A stretch of 64,000 bases of DNA, from positions 4,398 through 68,397 of the forward strand of contig CAVUKP010000012.1 in assembly GCA_963742135.1 (NCBI GenBank), read 5' to 3'. The notes below the pieces were generated by a model that was not told where the DNA came from, searched no databases, and worked only from the letters and a program-made list of their open reading frames with translations. This document shows positions 1 through 8,912 of the stretch, one piece after another. The DNA is from an uncultured Thermoleophilia bacterium (GTDB taxonomy: Bacteria > Actinomycetota > Thermoleophilia > Gaiellales > Gaiellaceae). Position 1 is the stretch's first letter. Each line of letters opens with the position of its first letter. A program made the translations under genes and the position numbers.

Positions 1-220
1 GCCACCAGACGAGGTGCGGGATCTCGTGGACGTCTCCGTGCGCCCCCGTCGCGATCGAGGCGAGGCAGACCGGCGTCAGCGAGGGGAAGGTGGAGGTCGC
101 GCGCCGGTACGTCCCGTGCTCGAGGAGGAACCGCAGCGCGGGAGTGTCCGCCGCCTCGAGCGTCGCCGGCGTCAGGCCGTCGATCACCACGAGGACGACG
201 GGCTTCGGCGACGGGGCCAC
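1..220 (-). CDS. alkaline-phosphatase-superfamily type I phosphodiesterase / nucleotide pyrophosphatase, N-terminal part (gene runs off the window)
   Basis: My own minus-strand translation from GTG at 220 gives VAPSPKPVVLVVIDGLTPATLEAADTPALRFLLEHGTYRRATSTFPSLTPVCLASIATGAHGD. The VIDG and SLTP contexts are typical of this family. It is absent from the ORF track because it is truncated. Confidence 0.55.
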   Translation of the reverse strand, partial: MAPSPKPVVLVVIDGLTPATLEAADTPALRFLLEHGTYRRATSTFPSLTPVCLASIATGAHGDVHEIPHLVWW

Positions 221-224
221 GGGA

Positions 225-632
225 TCAGTCCCGGGCGAGCGTGCGGAGCCCTGCGTGTCGCTCGGGCGCGCGCGCCCTGAGCCGCAGGCCGAGCGCCGGT
301 ACGGCGACGGCCTCGAGGTAGCCCAGCACCGGGACGAACGCGAGCACGGCGAGACCGAGCGCGACCGCACCGACGATCAGCGCAAGGCCGCCGCGCGTCC
401 CGCCGCGGCGAAGCGCGCCCGCGACGACGGGCGTCGCACCGCCCGCGCCTGCGACCCCGCCCACGGCGGCGCCGATCCCTTCCGGCCAGCCGACGAGGAG
501 CGCCGCGGCGATGCCCGCGACGGCGGCTGCGGCGACCGCAGCGACCACGAGCCGGGGCACGACGGCGGCCGCAAGGACGCCGACCGCGACGCCGATCCCG
601 ACGAGGACGCCGATCCAGTACCACGCTCCCAC
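225..632 (-). CDS. hypothetical integral membrane protein (Gly/Ala/Val-rich, several TM segments)
   Basis: ORF track, 135 aa. The sequence is hydrophobic throughout (WYWIGVLVGIGVAVGVLAAAVV...). Its stop lies 4 nt upstream of the next minus-strand gene. Confidence 0.45.
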   Translation of the reverse strand: MGAWYWIGVLVGIGVAVGVLAAAVVPRLVVAAVAAAAVAGIAAALLVGWPEGIGAAVGGVAGAGGATPVVAGALRRGGTRGGLALIVGAVALGLAVLAFVPVLGYLEAVAVPALGLRLRARAPERHAGLRTLARD

Positions 633-730
633 GGCGGCCCAGTGTAGAGGCTGGCCCAGTTGTGGAGCCCGGGTGGTTTACGCGCATCGTCCGGTGGCAA
701 CTGTGTCGCGAACCCCGACTGCGGAGGATC

Positions 731-1027
731 ATGACCGACGACGCCCGGACCCTGCTCGTCTTCTTCTCTTCATCACGCTCCGGCCCCTCGCGGCGGATGG
801 AGAGCCTGCTCGCACACATCGCGCGCAAGGAGCGCCATCGCCTCCGCGTCGTGCAGGTCGAGCTCGACGGGCGCCGCGATCTCGCGCAGCGCCTCCAGGT
901 CGAGCACGCGCCGACGCTCGTCCTCGTGCGCGGACGGCGCGCCGTCGCCCGGCTCGAGGGTCGGACGAGCGCGCCGCAGATCGAGGCGATGCTCGCCGCG
1001 CACCTGCCGGAGCCGGTCGAAGTCTGA
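731..1027 (+). CDS. thioredoxin-fold protein with SGPS in place of the CGPC redox motif
   Basis: ORF 662..1027. The internal ATG at 731 is preceded by GGAGG. The sequence LLVFFSSSRSGPSRRMESLL...APTLVLV matches the Trx beta-alpha-beta layout, including the cis-Pro region, but both redox Cys are Ser. Confidence 0.6.
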   Translation: MTDDARTLLVFFSSSRSGPSRRMESLLAHIARKERHRLRVVQVELDGRRDLAQRLQVEHAPTLVLVRGRRAVARLEGRTSAPQIEAMLAAHLPEPVEV

Positions 1028-1070
1028 CCGCGGCGCGGGCGGCGCCGCAGCGCCGCCCGCACGCGTCGCG

Positions 1071-1616
1071 TCAGTTGTCGAGCTGCCCGCGGATCTCGCC
1101 GCCGGGGAAGTCGCCGGGGCCTGTGTTGGTCCCGTCGACGCCGTCGTTCGTGTGCACGTTCACGTACGTCCGGCCGTCCGCGATCGCCGCCAGCAGGTCG
1201 CTGAGCGGGTGGCCGGCGAGCGCGCCCACGAGGTTCGCGGCGGTGATCGTCCCCTCCGCGAGCACGCCGTCGTGACGCCCGCTCCCGAGCGGCCCTGGCA
1301 CGGGCGCGGTGCCCGGATAGAGCCAAGCCACGATCCCGCCGTTCTGCGTCGTCGGGTCGCCCGGCGCCGTAACCAGGTGGATGTGGGCCATGAACGCGTT
1401 GTCGATGTTCGACGCGATCAGCTTGTAGTCGATCGACTGGCCGTCGTCGGCGACGCGGAACGTCGCCTGGCCCTGCGCGTCCGTTGCCCGCAGCGGTACC
1501 TCGTACTTTCCCTTGAGATGCGTCCCGAAGTTCGAGTCGTTCGCGGCAATCCCGATCGCCGCCGTCGCGGCCGCGACCAAGCTGATCGCAGCCAGAACCA
1601 ACCAGCGCTTGCGCAT
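1071..1616 (-). CDS. secreted CHRD domain protein
   Basis: ORF 1071..1661. The ATG at 1616 is preceded by GGAGGGAG. Signal peptide MRKRWLVLAAISLVAAATA. It carries the CHRD hallmarks AHIHL...G and YVNVHT...PGGEIRGQL. Confidence 0.7.
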   Translation of the reverse strand: MRKRWLVLAAISLVAAATAAIGIAANDSNFGTHLKGKYEVPLRATDAQGQATFRVADDGQSIDYKLIASNIDNAFMAHIHLVTAPGDPTTQNGGIVAWLYPGTAPVPGPLGSGRHDGVLAEGTITAANLVGALAGHPLSDLLAAIADGRTYVNVHTNDGVDGTNTGPGDFPGGEIRGQLDN

Positions 1617-1667
1617 GCTCCCTCCATTTCCCCCCCGAACGACACCTGTCGACGACAACATACGGCG

Positions 1668-2777
1668 TCAGAGGGCGATCGGATTCTCCAGACGGCGGAT
1701 GACGGAAAGCGCGAACTCGGCGGCGCGGGCGCCGTCGACGACGCGGTGATCGAAGGTGACGCTGAGATTGCCCATCCGGCGGATCGCGAGCTCACCGTCT
1801 CGCACGACGGGGCGGTCGGCGATGCGGTGGACGCCGAGGATCGCGACCTCGGGGTGGTTCACGAGCGGCGTCACGAGGATTCCCGCGAGCTTGCCGGCGC
1901 TCGTCACCGTGAACGTCGAGCCGCGGAGCTCCTCCGGCGCAAGCCGGCCCGCGCGCGCGCGCTCTGCGAGCGAGTCGACATCGGCACGAAGGTCCTCGAC
2001 GCCGCGCGTGTCGCAGCCGCGGACGACGGGAACGACGAGACCCTCGTCCGTCTGGACCGCGACGCCGAGGTCGTAGCGGTCGAGGTACACGATCTCCTCG
2101 CCCTCGAGGCGCGCGTTCAGCTCCGGAAACTCGCGTAGCGACAGCGCGGTCGCGCGCAGCACCGTCGGGAGAAGGAGCTTCATGTCGACCGACGAGAAGT
2201 CGCACTCCTCCACGTACGTGACGGCCGGGATCTCGCGATGCGCGACGGTGAGGTGCTCGACGATGCGGCGGCGGACGCCGCGCAGCTTCTCGCGCCGGCC
2301 GTCCGTCGTCTGCGTCGGGGACCCGGCGGCGGCGGCGCGGACGTCGGCCTCGACGATTCTCCCGCCGGGGCCGGTCGCGGAGACAAGGGCGAGGTCGACT
2401 CCGAGCTCCTGCGCAACGCGCCGCACGAGCGGCGTCGCCTGGACCCGCACCGGCGGGGCAGCGCCGCCGTCCCGTCGCGCCGCGTCCTGCTGCGGCGCCT
2501 CCTCGGCGCGGGGCCCCTCCGGCTCGATCGTCGCCGCCGCGCGCTCGCCGATCTCGACGAGGATCGTCCCCACGGGCACGACCTCGCCCTCGCCGACGTG
2601 GATCTTCGAGACGCGCCCGGAAGCGGGTGACGGGATCTCGACGGTCGTCTTGTCGGTCTGGATCTCGACGAGCGGGTCGTCCTCGGCGATCGTGTCCCCC
2701 TCCGAGACGAGCCAGCGCGCGACCTCCCCCTCGGTCAGGCCCTCGCCGAGGTCCGGAAGCCTGAACGCGTACGCCAT
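1668..2777 (-). CDS. dihydrolipoamide acyltransferase (E2) of a 2-oxoacid dehydrogenase complex
   Basis: 369 aa. It has a lipoyl domain (VEIQTDKTTVEIPSP), a peripheral subunit-binding domain (ATPLVRRVAQELGVDL) and the catalytic DHRVVDGA motif. Confidence 0.9.
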   Translation of the reverse strand: MAYAFRLPDLGEGLTEGEVARWLVSEGDTIAEDDPLVEIQTDKTTVEIPSPASGRVSKIHVGEGEVVPVGTILVEIGERAAATIEPEGPRAEEAPQQDAARRDGGAAPPVRVQATPLVRRVAQELGVDLALVSATGPGGRIVEADVRAAAAGSPTQTTDGRREKLRGVRRRIVEHLTVAHREIPAVTYVEECDFSSVDMKLLLPTVLRATALSLREFPELNARLEGEEIVYLDRYDLGVAVQTDEGLVVPVVRGCDTRGVEDLRADVDSLAERARAGRLAPEELRGSTFTVTSAGKLAGILVTPLVNHPEVAILGVHRIADRPVVRDGELAIRRMGNLSVTFDHRVVDGARAAEFALSVIRRLENPIAL

Positions 2778-2789
2778 CGGCGGCGGACC

Positions 2790-3182
2790 CTACCGCGGTC
2801 GCGCGATCCAGGCCTCGCGCGGCGCGATCAGCACGCGCAGGCCGCCCTCGACGCGCCACAGCGAGACCGCCTGCTCGTCGCCGGCGAGAGCCGGCGCGAC
2901 CTCGCGCGGCACGTATCCGGCCTGAACCGTCCGGTCTGCGTTCCAGATCCCGATCGCATGCGGATCGTGCTCATTCTCTGGCTCCGGGACGAGCGCGACG
3001 GCCCGACCGGGGTCGAACGACGGGTCCTCGACCGCGCCCGGCCGAAACGAGACACCGGCGACAGCGACGACCCGGATCCGCGGGTCCTCCCAGCGCACCG
3101 GCTCTCCCGTGCCTGCGTCGCGCAGGTGGAAGCCGCGGTTGTCGTGCGAGCGCTCGAGCCAGAGCCGAAGGCGGTCGTTCAC
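2790..3182 (-). CDS. HIRAN domain protein
   Basis: C-terminal part of ORF 2790..3467. The GTG at 3182 overlaps the upstream stop as GTGA. The sequence VAGVSFRPG...LVPEPENEHDPHAIGIW...GYVPRE matches the HIRAN pattern. Confidence 0.65.
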   Translation of the reverse strand: MNDRLRLWLERSHDNRGFHLRDAGTGEPVRWEDPRIRVVAVAGVSFRPGAVEDPSFDPGRAVALVPEPENEHDPHAIGIWNADRTVQAGYVPREVAPALAGDEQAVSLWRVEGGLRVLIAPREAWIARPR

Positions 3183-4042
3183 CGCAACGCGTCGTCGCGC
3201 AGCACGGCGTGGACGCCGAGCTGCACGTTCACGACCTGCGTGACGCGCAGGTCGACCACGACGCTTGCGAGCGCGAGCGCCTCCCCGGGCGGGAGACCGT
3301 GCAGGCGCGTCATCAGCGCGAGCATTCCGTCGACGGCCTTCCTGGCCGCAAGCCCGAGGTTCTCGTCGAACCCGAACGTCAGCCACGCGCCGCCGATGCG
3401 CGCGCACGGCCACGCGAGCGGAAGGTCGTCTCTCACGTCGAGCGTGAGCCGGGCGCTCGACGGGCACTCGATCGCCGTTCCGCTGACCTCGCCGTCGCCC
3501 TGCGCGGCGTGGCCGTCGCCCGCGGAGAAGAGTGCGCGATCGACCGGGATCGGGAGGTAGAGCGTCGAGCCGGCGACGAGCTCCTTGCAGTCGATGTTGC
3601 CGCCCTGCGGGCGCGGCGGCCTCGTCGAGTGAACGCCGCGCCCGACCGGCGGCATCCCCATCACGCCGAGGAACGCGCCGAGCGTGACGGCGTGCCCCGT
3701 CGACGCGCGGCCGACGCCGTCGCCGAGCTCCCAGTCGACGCGAGCCTCTTCGTCGTCACCGAACGTGACGCCCCACGCGCCGGGCTCCACCTCGTCGATC
3801 CCGACCACGAGCGTGTGCCCGGCGCGTGCCCCGCGCACCTCGATCGGGCCGGCAAGCGCGTGCCCGTCGTCGGCGGGTGACGTGCGCGGCTCGAACCGCG
3901 TGTTGCGATCGAGCCACCAGCCGGAGTTCGGCGTCGAGATCCGCACGGAGTCGCCCGGATCGATCGTCACGACCGGCGGGAGGTCGCGCGAGAAGTGGCC
4001 GTGCAGCGATCGCCGCTCGAGCGGGAGCTCGTAAACGGCCAC
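3179..4042 (-). CDS. acetamidase/formamidase family amidohydrolase
   Basis: C-terminal 287 aa of ORF 3179..4858. The GTG at 4042 overlaps the E1-beta stop by 1 nt. The motifs GNIDCKEL, LYLPI...ALFSAGDGHAAQGDGEV are typical of the FmdA/AmdA family. Confidence 0.75.
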   Translation of the reverse strand: MAVYELPLERRSLHGHFSRDLPPVVTIDPGDSVRISTPNSGWWLDRNTRFEPRTSPADDGHALAGPIEVRGARAGHTLVVGIDEVEPGAWGVTFGDDEEARVDWELGDGVGRASTGHAVTLGAFLGVMGMPPVGRGVHSTRPPRPQGGNIDCKELVAGSTLYLPIPVDRALFSAGDGHAAQGDGEVSGTAIECPSSARLTLDVRDDLPLAWPCARIGGAWLTFGFDENLGLAARKAVDGMLALMTRLHGLPPGEALALASVVVDLRVTQVVNVQLGVHAVLRDDALR

Positions 4043-5013
4043 TACGCGAGGAGCGACCGCACCGCCGCCGCGACGCGCTCGGCCGACGGGATGTACGAGT
4101 CCTCGAGCGTCCAGTATGGGTAGGGCACGTCGTACCCGGTCACGCGCAGGACGGGGCCCTGGAGGTCGTAGATCGCGCGCTCGGCGACGAGGGCCGCGAG
4201 CTCCGCGCCGAAGCCGGCGGTGCGCGGGGCCTCGTGGACGATCACGACGCGCCCGGTCTTCGCGACCGATGCGAGGATCGCGTCCTCGTCGAGCGGCCGC
4301 AGCGAGCGGATGTCCACCACCTCGCAGGACGCCTCGGCCTCGAGTGTGTCGGCCGCCCGCTCGCAGACCGGGACCATCGCGCCGTACGCCAGCAGCGTGA
4401 CGTCGTCGCCCGCGCGCGCGATCCGCGCGCTTCCGAGCGGCACGACGTGCTCGCCCGCCGGCACCTCTCCGCGCGCGGTCCGGTAGACGAGCTTCGGCTC
4501 GAAGACGACGACCGGGTCCGGGTCGCGGATCGCGGCGGCGAGGAGACCCTTCGCGTCGGCCGGCGTCGACGGGATCGCGACCTTGATCCCGGGCGTGTGC
4601 ACGTAGTACGCCTCCGGCGAGTCGTCGTGGAGCTCGGGCGCGCGAACGCCGCCGCCGTAGGGCATGCGGATCGTGATCGGAAACTCCATCCGGCCGCCCG
4701 TCCGCCACCGGTAGCGGCCGACGTGCGTGATCAGCTGGTCGAGGCACGGATACGAGAACGCGTCGTACTGCATCTCGCAGACGGGCCGCCAGCCGGCCAT
4801 CGCGAGGCCGACGGCGGTGCCGAGGATGCCCGCCTCGGCGAGCGGGGTGTCGACGCACCGCGCCTCGCCGAACCGGTCGCGCAAACCGGCCGTCGCGCGG
4901 AAGACGCCCCCGGCGCGGCCGACGTCCTCCCCCATCACGAGCACCGAGTCGTCGCGCCCGAGCTCCGTGTGGAGCGCGTCGTTCACCGCCTCGACGAGAG
5001 TCAGCTCAGCCAC
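4042..5013 (-). CDS. 2-oxoacid (branched-chain/pyruvate) dehydrogenase E1 component, beta subunit
   Basis: 323 aa, full-length transketolase-like Pyr and C-terminal domains (VLVMGEDVG..GGVFR, CEMQYDAFSYP). Confidence 0.9.
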   Translation of the reverse strand: MAELTLVEAVNDALHTELGRDDSVLVMGEDVGRAGGVFRATAGLRDRFGEARCVDTPLAEAGILGTAVGLAMAGWRPVCEMQYDAFSYPCLDQLITHVGRYRWRTGGRMEFPITIRMPYGGGVRAPELHDDSPEAYYVHTPGIKVAIPSTPADAKGLLAAAIRDPDPVVVFEPKLVYRTARGEVPAGEHVVPLGSARIARAGDDVTLLAYGAMVPVCERAADTLEAEASCEVVDIRSLRPLDEDAILASVAKTGRVVIVHEAPRTAGFGAELAALVAERAIYDLQGPVLRVTGYDVPYPYWTLEDSYIPSAERVAAAVRSLLA

Positions 5014-6019
5014 GGCGCATGTTCGGCGGGGGGCTCGCGTAGACGTTGGAGAAGACGAGCTCCTCGCTCGGCGGCCGCTCGGCCTCGGCAGCCGCGATCC
5101 CCGCCCTCAGCGCGGCCTCCGCGGCGGCGCGCGTCTCGTCTTCGATCGCTTCCGTGAGCACGCCGAGCCGGCGAAGGTACGCGGCGTACTGCGCGAGGCA
5201 CTCGCGCGACCGCTCCTCCTCGACGCGCACGGGGTCGATGTACGGGCTCGGATCGTCGGCGGTCGCGTGAGGCGCGACGCGGTAATGGACGGCCTCGATC
5301 AGCGTCGGGCCGCCGCCGGCGCGGGCGCGCTCGACCGCCTCGGCCGCGGCCTCCCAAACCGCGAGGACGTCGAGCCCATCGACGCGGACGCCGGGCATGC
5401 CGTAGCCGATCGCCTTGTCGGCGAGCGTCTCGGCCCGCGTCTGCGCCTCGACCGGCGTCGAGATCGCCCACTGGTTGTTGTTGCACACGAAGACGGCGGG
5501 CGCGCCCATGACGGCGGCGAAGTTGATCCCTTCGTGGAACGAGCCCTCGGAGGTGGCGCCGTCGCCGAAGAACGCCATCGCGACGACGTCCTCGCCCTTG
5601 AGCTTCTTCCCCCACGCGAGCCCGGCCGCGTGCGGGACGTGCGTCGCGATCGGCACGCAGATCGACGCGACGTTCCAGTCCGCGGGGTTCCACCAGCCCG
5701 AGGGATGCCCGCGCCACCACTGCAGCACGGTCTCGACCGGCATGTCCCGCACGAGGCCGATCGCGGACTCTCGGTAGCTCGGGAAGATCCAGTCGTCGTC
5801 GGAGAGAGCGTAGGTCGCGCCGACCTGGATCGCCTCGTGGTTCCAGAAGATCGCGTACGTCCCGATCCGGCCCTGGCGATGGAAGACGACCGAACGCTCG
5901 TCGTAGGTCCGCAGCAGGACCATTCGGCGGTAGAGCTCGAGCAGGTCGCTCTCGCCGAGGCCGTCAGGGATCGAGTCGCCGTCGAGGACGCGCCGCAAAC
6001 GGGGCATTACCTGCGCCAT
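5006..6019 (-). CDS. 2-oxoacid dehydrogenase E1 component, alpha subunit (TPP-binding)
   Basis: ORF 5006..6256. The plausible start is the ATG at 6019 (MAQVMPRL). It carries the TPP motif GDGATSEGSFHEGINFAAV. It overlaps the E1-beta start by 8 nt. Confidence 0.85.
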   Translation of the reverse strand: MAQVMPRLRRVLDGDSIPDGLGESDLLELYRRMVLLRTYDERSVVFHRQGRIGTYAIFWNHEAIQVGATYALSDDDWIFPSYRESAIGLVRDMPVETVLQWWRGHPSGWWNPADWNVASICVPIATHVPHAAGLAWGKKLKGEDVVAMAFFGDGATSEGSFHEGINFAAVMGAPAVFVCNNNQWAISTPVEAQTRAETLADKAIGYGMPGVRVDGLDVLAVWEAAAEAVERARAGGGPTLIEAVHYRVAPHATADDPSPYIDPVRVEEERSRECLAQYAAYLRRLGVLTEAIEDETRAAAEAALRAGIAAAEAERPPSEELVFSNVYASPPPNMRRG

Positions 6020-6608
6020 CGGGCGCGAAGTGTATGCGCGCGACCGCTGCGCGCCGCGCACGTCGGGCCGCCGGCGACCGCAGCGCGGCGAGGGCATCCT
6101 CGGCCCACGCGAGCTGCGCCTCGGCCTCCGCCACGCCGAGCTCGAGCACGCGCCGATGGAACCAGTCGTGGCCGCGCGAGGTGTTCTCGCGATCGATCTC
6201 GGCGAAGACGGCGCGGCGCGCGCGCGTGTCGGCGCGGAACTGCTCGACGTGCGCAACGAGGACGTCGAGCTCCATGAGCCCGCCGAGAAAGATCTTCAGC
6301 ACCTGCTCGTGGGGCGCGTTCGGAACGACCTCGCGCAGCCAGCGCGAGAGCCGTTCCCAGCCGTCGGCCGAGATCCGGAAGACGTGCTTGTCCGGCCGAC
6401 CGGCCTGCGCCACGACCGTCACGTCGACGAGGCCGGCGGCCGTCAACCGCCGGAGGGTCGCGTAGAGCTGGCTCTTCGCCGGCGACCAGACGTGCGCGAT
6501 GCTCCGCTGGACGAGGCGCAGCAGGTCGTAGCCCGAGCGCTCGCCCTCGAGGGCGAGCAGACCGAGTGCCGCCGCCTCGGTCAGCGTCAGGTCGACCCGT
6601 GCCGGCAC
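5964..6608 (-). CDS. PadR family transcriptional regulator
   Basis: 214 aa. It has a winged HTH (ALGLLALEGERSGYDLLRLV...WSPAKSQLYATLRRL) and a PadR C-terminal domain. Its tail overlaps the E1-alpha start region. Confidence 0.8.
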   Translation of the reverse strand: MPARVDLTLTEAAALGLLALEGERSGYDLLRLVQRSIAHVWSPAKSQLYATLRRLTAAGLVDVTVVAQAGRPDKHVFRISADGWERLSRWLREVVPNAPHEQVLKIFLGGLMELDVLVAHVEQFRADTRARRAVFAEIDRENTSRGHDWFHRRVLELGVAEAEAQLAWAEDALAALRSPAARRARRAAVARIHFAPDGAGNAPFAARPRRRLDP

Positions 6609-6612
6609 CCGC

Positions 6613-8013
6613 CTATCGTCGCAGTTCGTGCGCGGCGAGCCAGCGGTCGATCGTGCTCCACAGGCCGGCGGCGTAGCGCGCGGAGGCTGCAGTCTCGGCG
6701 GCGAGCCCGTGCGGCGTGTCGAGCAGGAAATGGTCGCCGCGCGGAAGGAGCGCCACCGCGACGTCCCGCGCGGGATCGTCGGCGAGGGGCTGGAGCCGCT
6801 CCGCGGACAGCCTCGTCGGAACGTGTCGGTCGTTGCCGCCGTAGAGGTAGAGCAGCGGGATCCGGAGCCTCCGCAGCGACGGCATCGGGTCGAACCCCGT
6901 CGGCCCCAGCCGGCGCACCTCCTGCTCGGCCTGGTCCAGCGGCTCGACCGGCTCCCGCCCCTGCCCCGCGAGGTGCCCCCACAGATCGGACTCGCCGACC
7001 GACACGGACGGGCCGGAGTACGAGACGACCCACCGCACCGCCGGCTCGCGCGCCGCGGCGAGAGCCATCACCCAACCGGCCTGGCTCTGCCCGGCGAGGC
7101 CGACGCGGGCGCGGTCGACCTCCGGCTGCGCGGCGAGGAAACGCGCCGCGGCCGCGGCGTCGCGCGCGTAGAGGTCGACGTTCCGCGGCGTCGCCGGCTC
7201 GCCCGGGAACGCGCCGCCCGACTGGCCGACGCCGCGCTTGTCGTAGGCGAGCACGACGAGGCCGCGCGATGCGAAGTACGGGGCGAGCGCGCCTGCGGTC
7301 GCGCGATCTGTAGCGCCCGAGCCATGGGCGAGCGCGACCGCCGGACGGCGCCCCGACCCCGCGGGGAGCCACAACGTCCCCGCGAGCGCTCCGATGCGGA
7401 CCTCCGCATAGCGGACGGGCAGGCGCGCTGCGGCGTCGCCGAGCCAGGCGGAGGCGTCGCCGAAGCGCGCTGTCCCGACCGGCGTCCCGCGCGTGAGGAT
7501 CCCCGAACCGACCGTGAACGCGGACGGGGAGCCGAAGAGGCCGTGGACGGCGCCGGACTCGTACTCGACGCCGACGCGCGGGCCGTCGGCGCCGAAGACG
7601 CCGAGCGTGCCGCCGCCGGCGAGGCGATAGGCGCCGAGGGCGCGATCCGCCGGCAGCGGCGCGCGAGTCAGCGCGAAGCTGCCGCGGAGAGCTCCCTGCC
7701 GGACGGTTCCCGCGATCCGCTTACCCCTGACGCGACCGTCGAAGAGGAGCGGCGAGGGCCTGCCGGGGACGCGGAACCGCAGGCGGCCTCCACCGAGGCT
7801 AGTGGCGGCGCTGACCTCGGGCGCGTGACCCGCCCCGAGGACGACGAGGCCGCGTCCCGGAGCGACGCCGAGCCGCACGGGCGACGCCGACTGCGGGAGG
7901 CGGAACGTACCGCTCCACGTCGAGAGGCCGTTCCCGCGGCCGCCGGCGGGAGCAGCCGCGACGGCCGCGACAACGACGGCCGCGGCTGCGGCGATGCGCG
8001 TTCTATAGTCCAT
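6613..8013 (-). CDS. secreted alpha/beta hydrolase (dienelactone hydrolase / S9 peptidase-like)
   Basis: 466 aa with an N-terminal signal-like AAAAAVVVAAVAAAPAGG. Nucleophile elbow GQSQAG. The distal acid/His region is ...GGNDRHVP...GDHFL. Confidence 0.7.
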   Translation of the reverse strand: MDYRTRIAAAAAVVVAAVAAAPAGGRGNGLSTWSGTFRLPQSASPVRLGVAPGRGLVVLGAGHAPEVSAATSLGGGRLRFRVPGRPSPLLFDGRVRGKRIAGTVRQGALRGSFALTRAPLPADRALGAYRLAGGGTLGVFGADGPRVGVEYESGAVHGLFGSPSAFTVGSGILTRGTPVGTARFGDASAWLGDAAARLPVRYAEVRIGALAGTLWLPAGSGRRPAVALAHGSGATDRATAGALAPYFASRGLVVLAYDKRGVGQSGGAFPGEPATPRNVDLYARDAAAAARFLAAQPEVDRARVGLAGQSQAGWVMALAAAREPAVRWVVSYSGPSVSVGESDLWGHLAGQGREPVEPLDQAEQEVRRLGPTGFDPMPSLRRLRIPLLYLYGGNDRHVPTRLSAERLQPLADDPARDVAVALLPRGDHFLLDTPHGLAAETAASARYAAGLWSTIDRWLAAHELRR

Positions 8014-8069
8014 GATGGACTATTACACGACTGAGGCCGACTCCGTCAAGAGGCGGGATTCGACGACAC

Positions 8070-8912
8070 CTACTGCCGATCGCCCCCGAGCGGAAGGGTG
8101 TCCCGCAGCCACGCAACCTGGTCGAGGAACGTGCGCGGCTCGAACGTGTGCGTCGTCGGGTACCACTTGTAGTAGGCCGGTTTCGGCGCTGCGGCGATCA
8201 GCGCCTGCACGTCTCGCGGGGGCACGCCCTGGTCGTACGTCGCGCCCTGGAGATACAGGCGCGCGGGCGCCGCGTGCGGGACGTACCGCACCGGATCGAG
8301 CTCGGGGGCACCGTCCGCGTGCGCCGGCGCGGCCTGGAGGACGACGGCGCGCAGGCGATTCTCGACACCGGCGGTGATCGCGGCCGCCTCGCCGCCGAGG
8401 CTGTAGCCGACGAGTGCGATCCGATGCGGATCGACGTCGTCGCGCGCGACCAGCAGGTCGATCGCGCGCCGGAGGTCGATCACGTTCCGGATCATCAGCG
8501 TGCGGTGCGACGCCCTCGGCGAGCCGGCGAACGGCGACGTGATCGCCACGGCGACCGCTCCTTGCAGCGCCACTCCGACCCCCTCCTCGAGGAAGTCGTA
8601 GCGCGAGCCGCCGAACCCGTGCATGAAGATCACGCCGGCCAGGTCGTCGCGCTTCCGCCGCGGCTCGATCACGACCGCGGGGACGCGCCCGCCCGGCGCC
8701 CGATACGAGACCGCCGTCACGCGCACCTTCGGCGTGCGGAGCCGGTCCTGCACCCGCACGTCGAGCGGCGCGTCGCGGTCGTAGTCGAACAGCCGCGCGA
8801 GCCGGGGCGGGAGCGGATGCGGCTTCACGGCGGCTGCGTCGCCGCCGCCGCCGCAGCCGGCGGTCCCGACCGCAACCGCGAGGGCGACGCTAGACCAGCA
8901 CCGCCAGCGCAT
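8070..8912 (-). CDS. lipoprotein alpha/beta hydrolase (dienelactone hydrolase family)
   Basis: 280 aa. Lipobox AVGTAGC. Nucleophile elbow GYSLGG. HGFGGS oxyanion region. Confidence 0.7.
   Translation of the reverse strand: MRWRCWSSVALAVAVGTAGCGGGGDAAAVKPHPLPPRLARLFDYDRDAPLDVRVQDRLRTPKVRVTAVSYRAPGGRVPAVVIEPRRKRDDLAGVIFMHGFGGSRYDFLEEGVGVALQGAVAVAITSPFAGSPRASHRTLMIRNVIDLRRAIDLLVARDDVDPHRIALVGYSLGGEAAAITAGVENRLRAVVLQAAPAHADGAPELDPVRYVPHAAPARLYLQGATYDQGVPPRDVQALIAAAPKPAYYKWYPTTHTFEPRTFLDQVAWLRDTLPLGGDRQ

Noticed and set aside
184-1326. Long ORFs in the track that overlap real genes in other frames or on the opposite strand. Examples: 184..1326, 3826..5157, 4727..6277, 6030..7313, 8825..10756, 23926..25995, 24870..28133, 29029..31689, 33085..34596, 35234..36763 and 57547..59079.
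   Set aside because: - Their translations are Arg/Ala/Pro/Gly-rich low-complexity strings, typical of off-frame reading in ~70% GC DNA.
- They overlap ORFs that have clear family motifs.
- They lack ribosome-binding sites.
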